A DNA stretch of 64,000 nucleotides. It comes from Candidatus Woesebacteria bacterium (GTDB lineage: Bacteria; Patescibacteriota; Microgenomatia; UBA8517). Below the pieces are notes generated by a model. That model searched no databases. It was given only the letters and a program-made list of their open reading frames with translations, and was not told the DNA's origin. How positions within the stretch are numbered: the stretch's first letter is position 1; each line of letters begins with the position of its first letter. This document shows positions 1-9,999 of the stretch, one piece after another. The position numbers and the translations under genes are program-made. The DNA lies in the NCBI GenBank assembly GCA_013374855.1, contig CP055308.1, positions 401,833-465,832 on the forward strand. The letters are read 5' to 3'.

Positions 1-332
1 CGGCTGTGGCCAATGCTGTACAAAAGGGTTTTTCGGTCTCAGACTTGGCATTTAAAGAAATTCTTGTTAATGAAGGGCCTTGCTTTAAAAGAGGTAGGCC
101 AGTATCTCGTGGTATGTGGCACCCTTATGTTAGAAGAACCAGCCATATTAAAGTAGTGTTACAAACAAAAGACAAAAGTAGAGAGAGTATTAATAATGTT
201 GATGAAGGGGATATAAAGAAGGGTAAAAAGATTAAAATGGATAAAATTGGTGCTATTAAAAGCAAAGGAAAGATAAAAGCAAAAGATAAAGTAGAGAAGA
301 AGGGAGTAAAAAGTGAAAATATAAATCGATAA
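1..332 (+). CDS. rplV: 50S ribosomal protein L22 (5'-truncated by window edge), with Lys-rich C-terminal extension
   Basis: ANA...VNEGP.FKR.RP.SRG...RRTSHI motif; lies before rpsC. Confidence 0.95.
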   Translation, partial: AVANAVQKGFSVSDLAFKEILVNEGPCFKRGRPVSRGMWHPYVRRTSHIKVVLQTKDKSRESINNVDEGDIKKGKKIKMDKIGAIKSKGKIKAKDKVEKKGVKSENINR

Positions 333-336
333 TAAT

Positions 337-990
337 ATGGGACAAAAAGTTAATCCAGTAGGTTTTAGATTAGGATCATTTTTACCTTGGAAATCAAGGT
401 GGTTTTTGGAGGGCAAGAATTACAGGGAGGCCTTGCTTGAGGATATAAAAATAAGGAAGTTTATTTTCGACAGTCTAAGGATAGCTGGGGTTGTGGATGT
501 GGAGATAGAGAGGTTGCCCAAGAGTATAGTTGTTATAGTGACTGTCTCAAGACCGGGAATTGTTATTGGTAGAGGGGGAACAGGACTTGAAGATTTGAAA
601 GGAAAATTAGTTGATCTTTTAGAGAAGATTCGGGGTAGATCACTTGATAAGGACCTAAAAATTGATTTTAGAGTTAATGAAGTTAAGAATCCAGACCTTT
701 CAGCTTATCTTGTGGCGACAAGAATAGCTTCTGACCTTGAGCGCAGGATTCCACACAGAAGGGTGGTAACGAAAGCTATGGAAAGAGTTATGATGTCTGG
801 AGCTCTTGGGGTAAAAGTAATTTTGTCAGGAAGAATTGATGGGGCGGATATTTCAAGAGTAGAAAAATTTCAACTTGGCTCGGTTCCGAATCAGACTTTA
901 AGGGAAGAAATTGATTATGCACAAGTTCCGGCGCTTCCAAAGAAAGGTTATGTTGGTGTGAAAGTTTATATTCATAAGAAAAAATCATAA
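337..990 (+). CDS. rpsC: 30S ribosomal protein S3
   Basis: [15 protein letters not shown] motif [10 protein letters not shown]. Confidence 0.98.
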   Translation: MGQKVNPVGFRLGSFLPWKSRWFLEGKNYREALLEDIKIRKFIFDSLRIAGVVDVEIERLPKSIVVIVTVSRPGIVIGRGGTGLEDLKGKLVDLLEKIRGRSLDKDLKIDFRVNEVKNPDLSAYLVATRIASDLERRIPHRRVVTKAMERVMMSGALGVKVILSGRIDGADISRVEKFQLGSVPNQTLREEIDYAQVPALPKKGYVGVKVYIHKKKS

Positions 991-994
991 TTTT

Positions 995-1405
995 ATGTTG
1001 CAACCAAAGAGAAGAAAGTACAGGAAAGATTTTAGAGGTAGAAGAAAAGGAATTTCTGTTCGCGGGTCGGAAATTTCTTTTGGTGATTATGGACTGAAGG
1101 CATTAGAAGTTGCTTGGATTACTAGTAATCAGATAGAAGCGGGAAGGAGGGTAATTGCGCGCAGTATTAAAAGAGGTGGGAAAGTTTGGGTGAGAGTGTT
1201 TCCAGATAAACCAGTAACAGCAAGACCAGCGGGAAAGAGAATGGGTGGTGGAAAAGGTGAGATAAGTGGTTATGTAGCGGTTGTAAGGCCGGGTAAAATT
1301 ATTTATGAGCTTGGTGGCGTTCCAAAAGAAGTAGCATTTGATGCATTAGGCAAGGTTGCGTCAAAGTTGCCCATTAGGACAAAAGTCGTAGCGAAGGAGG
1401 GATAA
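995..1405 (+). CDS. rplP: 50S ribosomal protein L16
   Basis: [18 protein letters not shown]. Confidence 0.98.
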   Translation: MLQPKRRKYRKDFRGRRKGISVRGSEISFGDYGLKALEVAWITSNQIEAGRRVIARSIKRGGKVWVRVFPDKPVTARPAGKRMGGGKGEISGYVAVVRPGKIIYELGGVPKEVAFDALGKVASKLPIRTKVVAKEG

Positions 1406-1409
1406 TTAT

Positions 1410-1622
1410 ATGAAAACAAAAGATTTAAAACAGCTAAGAACAAAGACAATTAAAGAACTTGAAGGTTTGATTAAAGCAAAAAAGCAAGATCTCTTGCTTT
1501 CGTATGCTAAAATCAAAGCCGGTAAAGAAAAGAATACAAGTTTGATTAAAAGAATTCGTCGTGATATAGCCCAATTATTAACTTTAGTTAGGGAAAAGGA
1601 AATTTTAGAAAGGAGCAAGTAA
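1410..1622 (+). CDS. rpmC: 50S ribosomal protein L29
   Basis: IKRIRRDIAQLLT; operon position. Confidence 0.93.
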   Translation: MKTKDLKQLRTKTIKELEGLIKAKKQDLLLSYAKIKAGKEKNTSLIKRIRRDIAQLLTLVREKEILERSK

Positions 1623-1624
1623 GT

Positions 1625-1894
1625 ATGAAAGTTTTTACAGGTACGGTGATCTCTTGCAAATTACCTAAGACAGCTGTTGTTTTGGTAGAGAGAGTAGTTT
1701 TACACAAGGTCTATAAAAAGAGGTTTAAAAGATCGAAGAAATACATGGTTCATGATGAAGTTGGTGTCAAAGAAGGGGATATAGTTACTTTTGTTCCATC
1801 CCGTCCTTATAGTAGAACTAAAAAGTGGAAGATTGTTGAAGTTATAGGGGGTAATAACCCCAGGAAGAAAACTAAGATTTCAGATAAAAAATGA
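1625..1894 (+). CDS. rpsQ: 30S ribosomal protein S17
   Basis: H..YKKR.KRSKKY.VHD, RP.S.TK.W. Confidence 0.96.
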   Translation: MKVFTGTVISCKLPKTAVVLVERVVLHKVYKKRFKRSKKYMVHDEVGVKEGDIVTFVPSRPYSRTKKWKIVEVIGGNNPRKKTKISDKK

Positions 1895-2256
1895 TACAAC
1901 TTAGATCTGTTTTAGTACCAGCGGATAATTCAGGAGCCAGAAAGTTAGTGGTTATAGGCTTTTCGTCCAAAATTGGTAGGAAAGCAAGTGTTGGAGACGT
2001 TGTTACTTGTGTAGTTAAAGGTGCTGATCCAGTTGGGGCTGTTTCGGATAGAGAGAAAGTGAAAGTTCTTATTGTTAGGACTAAAAAGGAGGTAAGGAGA
2101 AGAGATGGTACATATGTTAGATTTGATGATAATGCAGGTGTTGTCATAGACAAACAGGGCTTACCGCGTGGAACGAGAATATTGGGTCCTATAGCAAAAG
2201 AAATAAAAGATTTGGGGTACACAAAAATTGCATCGCTGGCAAAGGAGGTAGTTTGA
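1891..2256 (+). CDS. rplN: 50S ribosomal protein L14
   Basis: MIQ...ADNSGA, RFDDNA, GTRILGP. Confidence 0.98.
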   Translation: MIQLRSVLVPADNSGARKLVVIGFSSKIGRKASVGDVVTCVVKGADPVGAVSDREKVKVLIVRTKKEVRRRDGTYVRFDDNAGVVIDKQGLPRGTRILGPIAKEIKDLGYTKIASLAKEVV

Positions 2257-2257
2257 T

Positions 2258-2566
2258 ATGTTAAAGATAAGGTTAAAGGATAAAGTTAGGGTTATATCAG
2301 GAAAGGATAAAGGGAGGGAAGGTGTAGTGGAAAGGATTTTTCCTGGGGATAAGAAGGTGCTTGTCGACGGAATCAATTTATACAAGAAGCATATTAAAGG
2401 TGGTTACGGGCAAAAATCTGGGGTTTATGATATTCCAAGACCACTTCATATTTCTCGTGTTGTCTTGATTTGTCCTAAATGTTCCAAGCCTGCAAGAGTT
2501 GGATTTTCTGTTAAGGAAGATAAAAAAGTTAGAGTTTGTAAGAAGTGTAAAGCGGAGATTGATTAA
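2258..2566 (+). CDS. rplX: 50S ribosomal protein L24
   Basis: KOW motif D.V.VISGKDKG.EG; C-terminal CxxC..CxxC. Confidence 0.96.
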   Translation: MLKIRLKDKVRVISGKDKGREGVVERIFPGDKKVLVDGINLYKKHIKGGYGQKSGVYDIPRPLHISRVVLICPKCSKPARVGFSVKEDKKVRVCKKCKAEID

Positions 2567-2568
2567 TC

Positions 2569-3102
2569 ATGGAAGAAAAATACAAAGAAGCAACAAAAGT
2601 TTTAATAGATGAATTTGGAATTAGGAATAAAATGGCGGTTCCAAGGATAGTTAAGGTTGTGGTAAATTCTGGTGTAGGGTCGATAAGTAAAAACAAAGAA
2701 ATGCTTGATGCTGTGGTAAAGGATATGGCCTTGATAACAGGTCAGAAGCCTTCTGTCAGGAAATCAAAAGTATCTGTTTCAGCTTTTGATTTAAGAAAGG
2801 GCCAGCCGGTGGGAATTAAGGTTACTTTGAGGGGAAACAGAGCCTTGAGTTTCTTGGAGAAACTGTTTTCAGTTGTTTTGCCTAGATTAAATGATTTCAG
2901 AGGTGTGCCTGTTGATTCGTTTGATAGGGATGGTAATTATACTTTGGGATTGTCTGATCATACTATCTTTCCGGAGGTAGATTTATCTAAAGTAACGAAA
3001 CCTTTCGGTCTAGAGATAACAATAGTTACAAGTACCAAGGATAAGGAAAGATCCAAAAGATTGCTTGAACTTTTAGGCATGCCTTTTGAGAGGAAAAATT
3101 AA
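2569..3102 (+). CDS. rplE: 50S ribosomal protein L5
   Basis: [21 protein letters not shown]. Confidence 0.97.
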   Translation: MEEKYKEATKVLIDEFGIRNKMAVPRIVKVVVNSGVGSISKNKEMLDAVVKDMALITGQKPSVRKSKVSVSAFDLRKGQPVGIKVTLRGNRALSFLEKLFSVVLPRLNDFRGVPVDSFDRDGNYTLGLSDHTIFPEVDLSKVTKPFGLEITIVTSTKDKERSKRLLELLGMPFERKN

Positions 3103-3103
3103 T

Positions 3104-3289
3104 ATGGCAACTAAAGCGAAAGAGGTTAGAGAAACTAAAAAGTTAAGGTATAAGGTGAGATATCGCAATCGTTGTAGCCTTTGTGGTAGACCAAGAGCTT
3201 ATATGAGAAAATATGGTCTGTGTCGTCTTTGTTTTAGAACAGAGGCGTTGAAAGGGAATATTCCAGGTGTAAAAAAAGCAAGTTGGTGA
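3104..3289 (+). CDS. rpsN: 30S ribosomal protein S14 (type Z, zinc-binding)
   Basis: RCSLCGRPR...LCRLCFR...IPGVKKASW; ATG at 3104. Confidence 0.97.
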   Translation: MATKAKEVRETKKLRYKVRYRNRCSLCGRPRAYMRKYGLCRLCFRTEALKGNIPGVKKASW

Positions 3290-3292
3290 GCT

Positions 3293-3682
3293 ATGGGAAT
3301 AACTAATTATCCAATTGCAGATTTCTTGTCTGGTCTAAAAAATGCGGTTCTTGCGCGCAGTAGATTGTTTGAGTACAAGAGTATGAAGTTAGTAAAAGAG
3401 GTGGCTTTTTGCCTGTCAAGGATTGGTTATATAGAAAAAATTGAGGAGGATAAGGAAAGAGGTGTTATTCGAGTTTTTCTCAAGTATTCACATAAATTAC
3501 CTATTATCTCTGATATAAAGATTGTTTCCAAACCTGGACTTCGTGTTTACTGGAACTTGAAGAAACTTGAGGAATACAAGAAGCCACAAATGTTGATTAT
3601 TTCTACACCCAAAGGGATTCTTTCTTCCAAGGAAGCTTTGAAAGAGAGAGTTGGTGGGGAAGTAATAGCGTCTGTTTGGTAA
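3293..3682 (+). CDS. rpsH: 30S ribosomal protein S8
   Basis: PIADFL, SKPGLRVY, STPKG, GGEV. Confidence 0.96.
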   Translation: MGITNYPIADFLSGLKNAVLARSRLFEYKSMKLVKEVAFCLSRIGYIEKIEEDKERGVIRVFLKYSHKLPIISDIKIVSKPGLRVYWNLKKLEEYKKPQMLIISTPKGILSSKEALKERVGGEVIASVW

Positions 3683-3686
3683 AACT

Positions 3687-4235
3687 ATGAGCAAGATAGG
3701 AAAAAAAATAATTGATATACCTCAAGGGGTTGAGGTAGAACTGTCACGTCGCAGAATAACTATAAAGGGAAATAAGGGTCAATTGAGCTTTTCTTTACCT
3801 GTAGGTATAGCGGTTAATAAAAGTGATAGTGGTTTAGTAGTTTCCCGCGTTTCAGGTAGTAGAGAGTCTGCTAGTTTACATGGAACGGTAAGAACTATTA
3901 TTGACAATATGGTAAAGGGAGTAATATATGGGTGGAAAAAAGAACTTGAGGTTGTTGGAACCGGGTATCGTGCCGAAGTTTTGTCAGATGGAAAGTTGGT
4001 CTTGAATGTTGGTTTTTCTCATCCAGTAGAAGTAAAACCGCCTTCGGATGTTAAGTTTTTGGTTGAGAAATCAAGAATAATAGTTGAAGGAATAGATAAA
4101 CAGAAAGTTGGGCAGGTTGCGGCGCAGATTAGGTCTATTCGTCCACCTGAGCCATATAAAGGTAAGGGCATAAGATATGCCGATGAGGTGGTAAGAAGAA
4201 AAGCAGGTAAAGCTGCGAAGTCTCAGGGTGCTTAA
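3687..4235 (+). CDS. rplF: 50S ribosomal protein L6
   Basis: MSKIGK, GTGYRA, RPPEPYKGKGIRY. Confidence 0.98.
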   Translation: MSKIGKKIIDIPQGVEVELSRRRITIKGNKGQLSFSLPVGIAVNKSDSGLVVSRVSGSRESASLHGTVRTIIDNMVKGVIYGWKKELEVVGTGYRAEVLSDGKLVLNVGFSHPVEVKPPSDVKFLVEKSRIIVEGIDKQKVGQVAAQIRSIRPPEPYKGKGIRYADEVVRRKAGKAAKSQGA

Positions 4236-4241
4236 ATCTTT

Positions 4242-4610
4242 ATGAAAAAGACAAATAAAAAAGAAATGTTTAGAAAATTGCCAAAGAGCAAAGAAAAAAA
4301 GAAAGCTGTTTTTAAGCCGTTTGATAATGATCGTTTAAGGTTGGTGGTGTCTCGTTCAAATAAGAACATTTTTGCTCAAATAACAGATAGAGATGGAAGG
4401 ACTATTTTGGGTGTCTCGACATTAATGTCTGAGCTAAAAGATAAAAAGTTAAAAAAGACGGAAAAATCGTATGCTTTAGGTGAGATAGTGGCGGAAAAAG
4501 CCATTAAAATGGGAATTAAAAGAGTTTATTTTGATAGAAATGGGTTGCGTTACCATGGGAGAATAAAATCTTTTGCTGAAGGTGCACGGAAAGGAGGTTT
4601 GGATTTCTAA
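4242..4610 (+). CDS. rplR: 50S ribosomal protein L18
   Basis: RSNK.I.AQ, FDR.G..YHGR, ARKGGL.F. Confidence 0.96.
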   Translation: MKKTNKKEMFRKLPKSKEKKKAVFKPFDNDRLRLVVSRSNKNIFAQITDRDGRTILGVSTLMSELKDKKLKKTEKSYALGEIVAEKAIKMGIKRVYFDRNGLRYHGRIKSFAEGARKGGLDF

Positions 4611-5119
4611 TGGCGGATTTTAGCATTAAAAAGGAGGATACATTTTTGGAAAAAGAAGGTTCTTTATCGGAAACTGTAATTGAAGTAAGGAGAATTTCTA
4701 AGAAGACAAAAGGTGGAAACAGAATTAGATTTTCTGCCTTGGTTGTTGTTGGTGACAAAAAAGGGAAGGTTGGAGCGGGTTTGGCAAAGGCATTGGATGT
4801 TAGGAGCGCTGTCAAAAAAGCTGTTGAGCAAGCAAAAAAGAGAATGATCAAAGTTCCATTAACCGGTACAACAATACCTTTTAGTGCAGTAAAGAAATAT
4901 TCGGCAGCTCGTGTTATGTTAAAACCTGCTCCTTCAGGTTCTGGAATAATAGCTGGGGGGACAATGAGGGTGATATTGGATGCAGCTGGAGTTAAAGATG
5001 CAGTGGGTAAAATTTTGGGCTCAAGGAGTAAAATTGCCAATGTTTATGCGACACTTGCGGCTTTGCAAGAGATAGCTGGATTAAAAAATAAGAAAGGGGG
5101 TAAGATGAAAAATGAATAA
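4610..5119 (+). CDS. rpsE: 30S ribosomal protein S5
   Basis: KKTKGG.R.RFSALVVVGD, PAP.GSG.IAGG. Confidence 0.97.
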   Translation: MADFSIKKEDTFLEKEGSLSETVIEVRRISKKTKGGNRIRFSALVVVGDKKGKVGAGLAKALDVRSAVKKAVEQAKKRMIKVPLTGTTIPFSAVKKYSAARVMLKPAPSGSGIIAGGTMRVILDAAGVKDAVGKILGSRSKIANVYATLAALQEIAGLKNKKGGKMKNE

Positions 5120-5549
5120 GATTAGGATTAAAGAGGGCTCAAAGAAACGTGTAGGAAGGGGGTATGGTAGTGGCAAAGGAGGTCATACTGTAGGAAGAGG
5201 ACAGAAAGGACAGAAAGTTCGAGGCAAAATAGGCGTACTTTTTGAAGGGATAAAGGTTAAGAAGTCTCTTTTTAAGAGAATTCCTTTCTTGCGAGGTAAA
5301 GGTAAGAACAAATCTAGATCGGCTAAACCGTTGTTAGTAAAGCTTTCGTCACTTAATATTCTAAAAGATGGTAGTGTTGTTGATCTGGATTTACTTATCA
5401 AGAAAGGTTGGTTTAGAAAGAATGATATAGTTAGAAGGGGTGTAAAGATAGTTTACGATAAGGATATTGAAAAGAAGTTGATAGTTAAAGTCCCCGTAAC
5501 TGAATCTGCCAAGAAATCTATAGAGTCAGTTGGTGGAGAAGTCGGATAA
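5112..5549 (+). CDS. rplO: 50S ribosomal protein L15
   Basis: KRVGRG.GSGKG.T.GRG.KGQK; follows rpsE with no rpmD. Confidence 0.96.
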   Translation: MNKIRIKEGSKKRVGRGYGSGKGGHTVGRGQKGQKVRGKIGVLFEGIKVKKSLFKRIPFLRGKGKNKSRSAKPLLVKLSSLNILKDGSVVDLDLLIKKGWFRKNDIVRRGVKIVYDKDIEKKLIVKVPVTESAKKSIESVGGEVG

Positions 5550-5556
5550 TATTTTT

Positions 5557-6849
5557 ATGTTTTTCTCTATTCTCTCTTTTTTTCAACGCTGTATTAAGCA
5601 GGAGGATATTAGGAAAAAAATTTTTTTTACAGCTTTTGCTCTTTTGGTGTTTAGAATTGCAGCTCATATTCCAGCAGCTGGCATTGATTCAGTTTTGCTT
5701 AAGACTCTATTTGTCTCAAGCCCGTTACTTTCTCTTCTTGATATTTTCTCTGGGGGAACTCTTATTAATTTTTCTGTTATGGCACTAGGGCTTGGCCCCT
5801 ACATTAGTGCTTCAATTATAATGCAGCTTCTACAGGTTATTGTGCCTCGATTGGAAGAATTGTCAAAGGAGGGTGAGTATGGACAGGAACAGATTGATAG
5901 ATATACGCGTTTTTTGACTATACCTATTTCTGTGTTTCAAGCCTTTGCAATGTATCTTTTGCTTAAAAGTCAGGGAGTGATTCCGGAATTACCATACATT
6001 AATATATTTGCCCTAATTTTAACTATGGTGGCAGGAAGTGTTTTTGCTGTTTGGTTGGGGGATCTTATCACGGAGTATGGTTTGTCAAATGGTGTTTCGT
6101 TTCTTATTTTTGCTGGGATTGTTGCAAGGCTTCCGGTAGTTTTTGGACAAATAACCACTTCTATTCAAGCTGAAGATTTTTTCAAGCAGATAATTTTTGT
6201 TGCAATCTCAATTTTGGTGATAGGTCTTATTGTGTTTATGAACGAGGCTATAAGGAAGATACCCGTCAATTATTCACGCAGGTCAAGATCCATAGGCACG
6301 AATTTTTCATACCTTCCCTTAAGAGTTAATCAGGCTAATGTCATTCCTATTATATTTGCTGTTTCTTTGGTTTTGATACCATCTTTTATGGGTCAATTTC
6401 TGCTTAGTACCTCATACACCCAACTTCATCCTTTGGCTGATTTTATGATTAGGAACTTTGATCCAAAGACATTTTTGTATAATGCTGTTTATTTTTTGCT
6501 TGTAGTTGGTTTTACTTTTTTCTATACGGCTATAGTATTTGATCCTCAAAAAATTGCAGAGAATTTACAAAAGAGTGGTGGTTTTATACCCGGTATAAGA
6601 CCTGGGAGTCAGACTGTTTCCTATCTTAAGTCGGTTCTTTATAGGGTAACTTTGGTGGGTGCTGTGTTTTTAGGACTGGTTGCTATACTGCCATCTTTAT
6701 TGCAATTGTTTCTTGCAACTGCCAATTTAGTAATAGGAGGAACGGGAGTCTTAATTGTAGTTTCTGTTGTACTTGAGACTATAAGGAATCTTGAGTCCCA
6801 ATTGGTTATGAAAAGGTATGCTGGTTTTTTGGACGAATCTGTAAATTAG
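5557..6849 (+). CDS. secY: preprotein translocase subunit SecY
   Basis: ALG.GPYISASIIMQLL, IPIIFA, FIPGIRPG, GGT..LIVV; multiple TM segments. Confidence 0.98.
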   Translation: MFFSILSFFQRCIKQEDIRKKIFFTAFALLVFRIAAHIPAAGIDSVLLKTLFVSSPLLSLLDIFSGGTLINFSVMALGLGPYISASIIMQLLQVIVPRLEELSKEGEYGQEQIDRYTRFLTIPISVFQAFAMYLLLKSQGVIPELPYINIFALILTMVAGSVFAVWLGDLITEYGLSNGVSFLIFAGIVARLPVVFGQITTSIQAEDFFKQIIFVAISILVIGLIVFMNEAIRKIPVNYSRRSRSIGTNFSYLPLRVNQANVIPIIFAVSLVLIPSFMGQFLLSTSYTQLHPLADFMIRNFDPKTFLYNAVYFLLVVGFTFFYTAIVFDPQKIAENLQKSGGFIPGIRPGSQTVSYLKSVLYRVTLVGAVFLGLVAILPSLLQLFLATANLVIGGTGVLIVVSVVLETIRNLESQLVMKRYAGFLDESVN

Positions 6850-6854
6850 AAATT

Positions 6855-7496
6855 ATGAATATTATTGTTTTAGGATTGCCTGGTGCTGGTAAGGGAACAC
6901 AATCAAGAAGAATAGCATCTGAGAAAGGCCTTTTTTATTTTGAAGCAGGAGGTTTCCTGCGAGATCTGGCAAAAAATGATATTCATCTTCGGGAAGTATT
7001 AAATTCTGGTAGGTTGGTTCCTGATGAGCAAATGAGCAGGATGGTTTTTGATTATCTTGGGGGTTATGGAAGACATTATAAAGGAATTCTTTTTGATGGC
7101 TATCCTCGCTCTGTTTCGCAATATAAGGATTTATCTAATTGGATTAGTCAAAGAGGGGAAAGAATAGATTTGATTTTATTTTTTGATTTACCTGTTGAGG
7201 AAGCGGTAAAAAGACTTTCCTCAAGGAGAGTATGTCCTGTTTGTGGTCGTGTTTACAATTTGGTAACAGATCCACCCATAGAAGACAGTTTGTGTAATGT
7301 TTGCAAGGTGAAGCTTTTTCAAAGAGATGATGATACAGAAGGGGTAGTTCGGGAGAGGTTTGCAAAACAAAAAGAGTCTCTTCTGCCATTGATTGGCTTG
7401 GTTGATAAACAGGATAATTTCTTTAAGATAGATGCTTCGCAATCGATAGAAAAGGTTTATGGGGATATTGTTTCTGTTCTTGAAAAGTATGAGTAA
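6855..7496 (+). CDS. adk: adenylate kinase (Zn-lid type)
   Basis: GLPGAGKGTQ P-loop, DGYPR, CPVC..CNVC lid, QRDDD. Confidence 0.96.
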   Translation: MNIIVLGLPGAGKGTQSRRIASEKGLFYFEAGGFLRDLAKNDIHLREVLNSGRLVPDEQMSRMVFDYLGGYGRHYKGILFDGYPRSVSQYKDLSNWISQRGERIDLILFFDLPVEEAVKRLSSRRVCPVCGRVYNLVTDPPIEDSLCNVCKVKLFQRDDDTEGVVRERFAKQKESLLPLIGLVDKQDNFFKIDASQSIEKVYGDIVSVLEKYE

Positions 7497-8247
7497 TATA
7501 CCAATTAAAACAAAAAGAGAGCTTTTACTTATTCAGGAAGGAGGGAAAAAGCTCTCGCAGATAAAAGAAGCGTTGTTTTTTATGATAAAGGAGGGTGTTT
7601 CTTCACTAGATTTGGAAAAAAAGGCGGAGGAATTAATGGAAAAAACAGGCGGATACCCTTCGTTTAAGACGGTTCCTGGTTATAATTGGGCTACTTGTAT
7701 TAATGTTAATGAGGGAGTAGTTCATGGAATACCTAAGGAAGATATTGTTTTTAAAGAAGGTGATTTAGTGAGTGTTGATTTGGGATTATATTATAAGGGT
7801 TTTCACACTGATACCTCGTTTTCGAAGGTTGTTGGCAAGGGAAGCAATTTTGTTAATTTTTTTGTAAAGGCAGGGAGAGAAGCGCTTAGGAGTGCTGTAG
7901 ATAAGTGCTATCCCGGCAACAGAATTTATGATATATCTGAAGCAATAGAAAAGACTTTAAAGAGAAGAGGTTTTAAACCTACTGCTCACTTAACAGGTCA
8001 TGGAGTGGGCAAAGATTTACATGAAAAGCCTTTGATTCCTGGTTTGGTTGGTTTGACAAAAAGGGCTGATACACCAGAGATTAAGGTAGGTATGGTTTTT
8101 GCTTTGGAAGTTATTTATTTGTCGGGAAAGGATGAACTTTTAACGGAAAGTGATGGGTGGACAATTTCAACAGCAGATGGTAAAATATCAGGGCTTTTTG
8201 AGGATACGGTAATTGTAACTCCTAAGGGCCCCGTTGTGGTAACTTAG
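7489..8247 (+). CDS. map: methionine aminopeptidase type I
   Basis: CINVNE.VVHGIP, D.G.....FHTD, GHGVG..LHE. Confidence 0.95.
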   Translation: MSNIPIKTKRELLLIQEGGKKLSQIKEALFFMIKEGVSSLDLEKKAEELMEKTGGYPSFKTVPGYNWATCINVNEGVVHGIPKEDIVFKEGDLVSVDLGLYYKGFHTDTSFSKVVGKGSNFVNFFVKAGREALRSAVDKCYPGNRIYDISEAIEKTLKRRGFKPTAHLTGHGVGKDLHEKPLIPGLVGLTKRADTPEIKVGMVFALEVIYLSGKDELLTESDGWTISTADGKISGLFEDTVIVTPKGPVVVT

Positions 8248-8259
8248 GTGTTTTTGTCT

Positions 8260-8469
8260 ATGGCAGATTTACTTATTAAGGAAGGTACAGTGGAGGAAGC
8301 TATGCCCAATACTATGTTTAGGGTCAAGCTTTTTGACGGAAGTTTAGTATTGGCAACTTTGAAAGGAAAACTAAGAAAAAATTATGTTAGGATTTTTCCT
8401 GGTGATAGGGTAAGGGTAGAGTTTACTCCTTACGATAAGGAGAGGGGTAGGATTGTACAAAAATTATGA
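8260..8469 (+). CDS. infA: translation initiation factor IF-1
   Basis: EG.V.EAMPN..FRV, GD.V.VE..PYD..RGRI. Confidence 0.97.
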   Translation: MADLLIKEGTVEEAMPNTMFRVKLFDGSLVLATLKGKLRKNYVRIFPGDRVRVEFTPYDKERGRIVQKL

Positions 8470-8579
8470 AAGTTCAATCGTCAATAGAAAAAAGGTGCAG
8501 AGATTGTAAAATTGTAAAAAGAAAAGGCAAGATTTATGTTATTTGCAAAAACCCTCGCCACAAGCAGAGGCAGGGTTAA
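8466..8579 (+). CDS. rpmJ: 50S ribosomal protein L36 (37 aa, absent from ORF track)
   Basis: Manual translation [37 protein letters not shown]. Confidence 0.97.
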   Translation: MKVQSSIEKRCRDCKIVKRKGKIYVICKNPRHKQRQG

Positions 8580-8587
8580 TTTTGATT

Positions 8588-8992
8588 ATGGCAAGAATTG
8601 TAGGAGTAGAATTGAATGATGATTGGAAATTAGACTTTGCCTTGACAAGAATAAAAGGTATAGGTTGGAGTGTGTCTCAGAAGATATTGTCTGATCTTGG
8701 TATTCCTTTTAAGAAATTGGTAGGGGATTTAACAAGCGAGGAGTTAAACAAGATTTCATCCAAGTTGGAGAATTTTGTGATAGAAGGTGATTTGGTAAGA
8801 AAAGTTAAAGAAGATATAACAAGACTCAAGCAAATTGGTTCTTATCGTGGAATAAGGCACTCACGTATGTTGCCGGTTAGGGGCCAGCGGACAAGGCATA
8901 ATGCTAGAACCAAAAGAGGAAAAAGAAAAACAGTAGGAGCTTTCCGTAAGGAAATGCTTGCTAAGATGCAGAAAGACAAAAGTAAAGAGTGA
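8588..8992 (+). CDS. rpsM: 30S ribosomal protein S13
   Basis: MARIVG, GIG, YRG.RH...LPVRGQRT..NART.RG. Confidence 0.97.
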   Translation: MARIVGVELNDDWKLDFALTRIKGIGWSVSQKILSDLGIPFKKLVGDLTSEELNKISSKLENFVIEGDLVRKVKEDITRLKQIGSYRGIRHSRMLPVRGQRTRHNARTKRGKRKTVGAFRKEMLAKMQKDKSKE

Positions 8993-9006
8993 GAATATAA
9001 ATAATT

Positions 9007-9378
9007 ATGGCAAGAAAAACATCTAAAGTTGTTGAAAAAGGAAAAATTTACATTTCTGCTAGTTTTAACAATACGCTAGCTACAATTACAGATCTTGATG
9101 GGAATGTTTTGGCTTGGCAAACAGCAGGTTCCTCGGGTTTTAAAGGTACTAGAAAGGCTACACCTTATGCTGCTACTGTAACTGTTGAGAAGCTTTTGAA
9201 TAAGGTGAAAAATGAAATTGGACTTAATGAACTTGAGGTTTATGTTAAAGGCCCGGGTGTAGGAAGAGATGCTGCCTTGAGGGCTATCAGGAGTTCTGGA
9301 ATTAAAATTTCTCTGATAGCTGATATAACTCCACTTCCGCACAATGGCCCAAGGCCTAAGAAAAAAAGGAGAGTTTAG
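9007..9378 (+). CDS. rpsK: 30S ribosomal protein S11
   Basis: ASFNNT, GFKG.RK.TPYAA, D.TP.PHNG.RP.K.RRV. Confidence 0.98.
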   Translation: MARKTSKVVEKGKIYISASFNNTLATITDLDGNVLAWQTAGSSGFKGTRKATPYAATVTVEKLLNKVKNEIGLNELEVYVKGPGVGRDAALRAIRSSGIKISLIADITPLPHNGPRPKKKRRV

Positions 9379-9380
9379 TT

Positions 9381-9980
9381 ATGGGAAGATATACTGGTCC
9401 TAAAGATAGATTATCAAGAAGAGAAGGTTTTGATATTTTTAATAAAGGTTCAAAACTAACTCGCCTTAATATACCTCCTGGTATGCATGGAGCGAAGATG
9501 CTTCTGGCTCATTCCAATTATGGTCGTCAGTTAAGAGAAAAACAAAAGGTTAAGAGAATTTATGGTATAAGGGAAGGTCAATTTAGAAGATATGTGGATT
9601 TTGCTCTAAAATCTAAAGGCAATACCTCAAATGTTCTATTCTCACTTCTTGAAAGAAGGCTTGATAATGTGGTTTATCGTCTCAATTTTGCTCCCACAAG
9701 GCCTGCAGCTCGTCAGCTGGTATCTCATAGGCATGTTTTGGTGAATGGGAAAAAGTTGAATATACCTTCTTATCAGGTTAAAATTGGAGATACTGTTTCT
9801 TTGTCCTCCAAGGCTATGGAGATTCCCTATTTGAAGGAGATTTTTGATGAAAAAAGTGCTAAAATACCCTCTTGGCTTGAGAGAAAGGGTGGAGTTGGTC
9901 TAGTGAAATCTCTACCCACATTGGAGGATGTAACAGAGCCAGTATCAGCTCAGGATATAATAGAATTTTATTCTAAATAA
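9381..9980 (+). CDS. rpsD: 30S ribosomal protein S4
   Basis: MGRYTGP, QLREKQK, LERRLDNVVYR, ARQLVSH.H. Confidence 0.98.
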   Translation: MGRYTGPKDRLSRREGFDIFNKGSKLTRLNIPPGMHGAKMLLAHSNYGRQLREKQKVKRIYGIREGQFRRYVDFALKSKGNTSNVLFSLLERRLDNVVYRLNFAPTRPAARQLVSHRHVLVNGKKLNIPSYQVKIGDTVSLSSKAMEIPYLKEIFDEKSAKIPSWLERKGGVGLVKSLPTLEDVTEPVSAQDIIEFYSK

Positions 9981-9999
9981 GGAAAAGGAGGTGATTTAG

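Noticed and set aside
8543-8587. Upstream TTG extension of rpsM in the ORF track
   Set aside because: It overlaps rpmJ. The true start is ATG 8588. Similar over-extended starts were corrected for rpsN, secY, map, infA, recA, hup, recJ and aspS.
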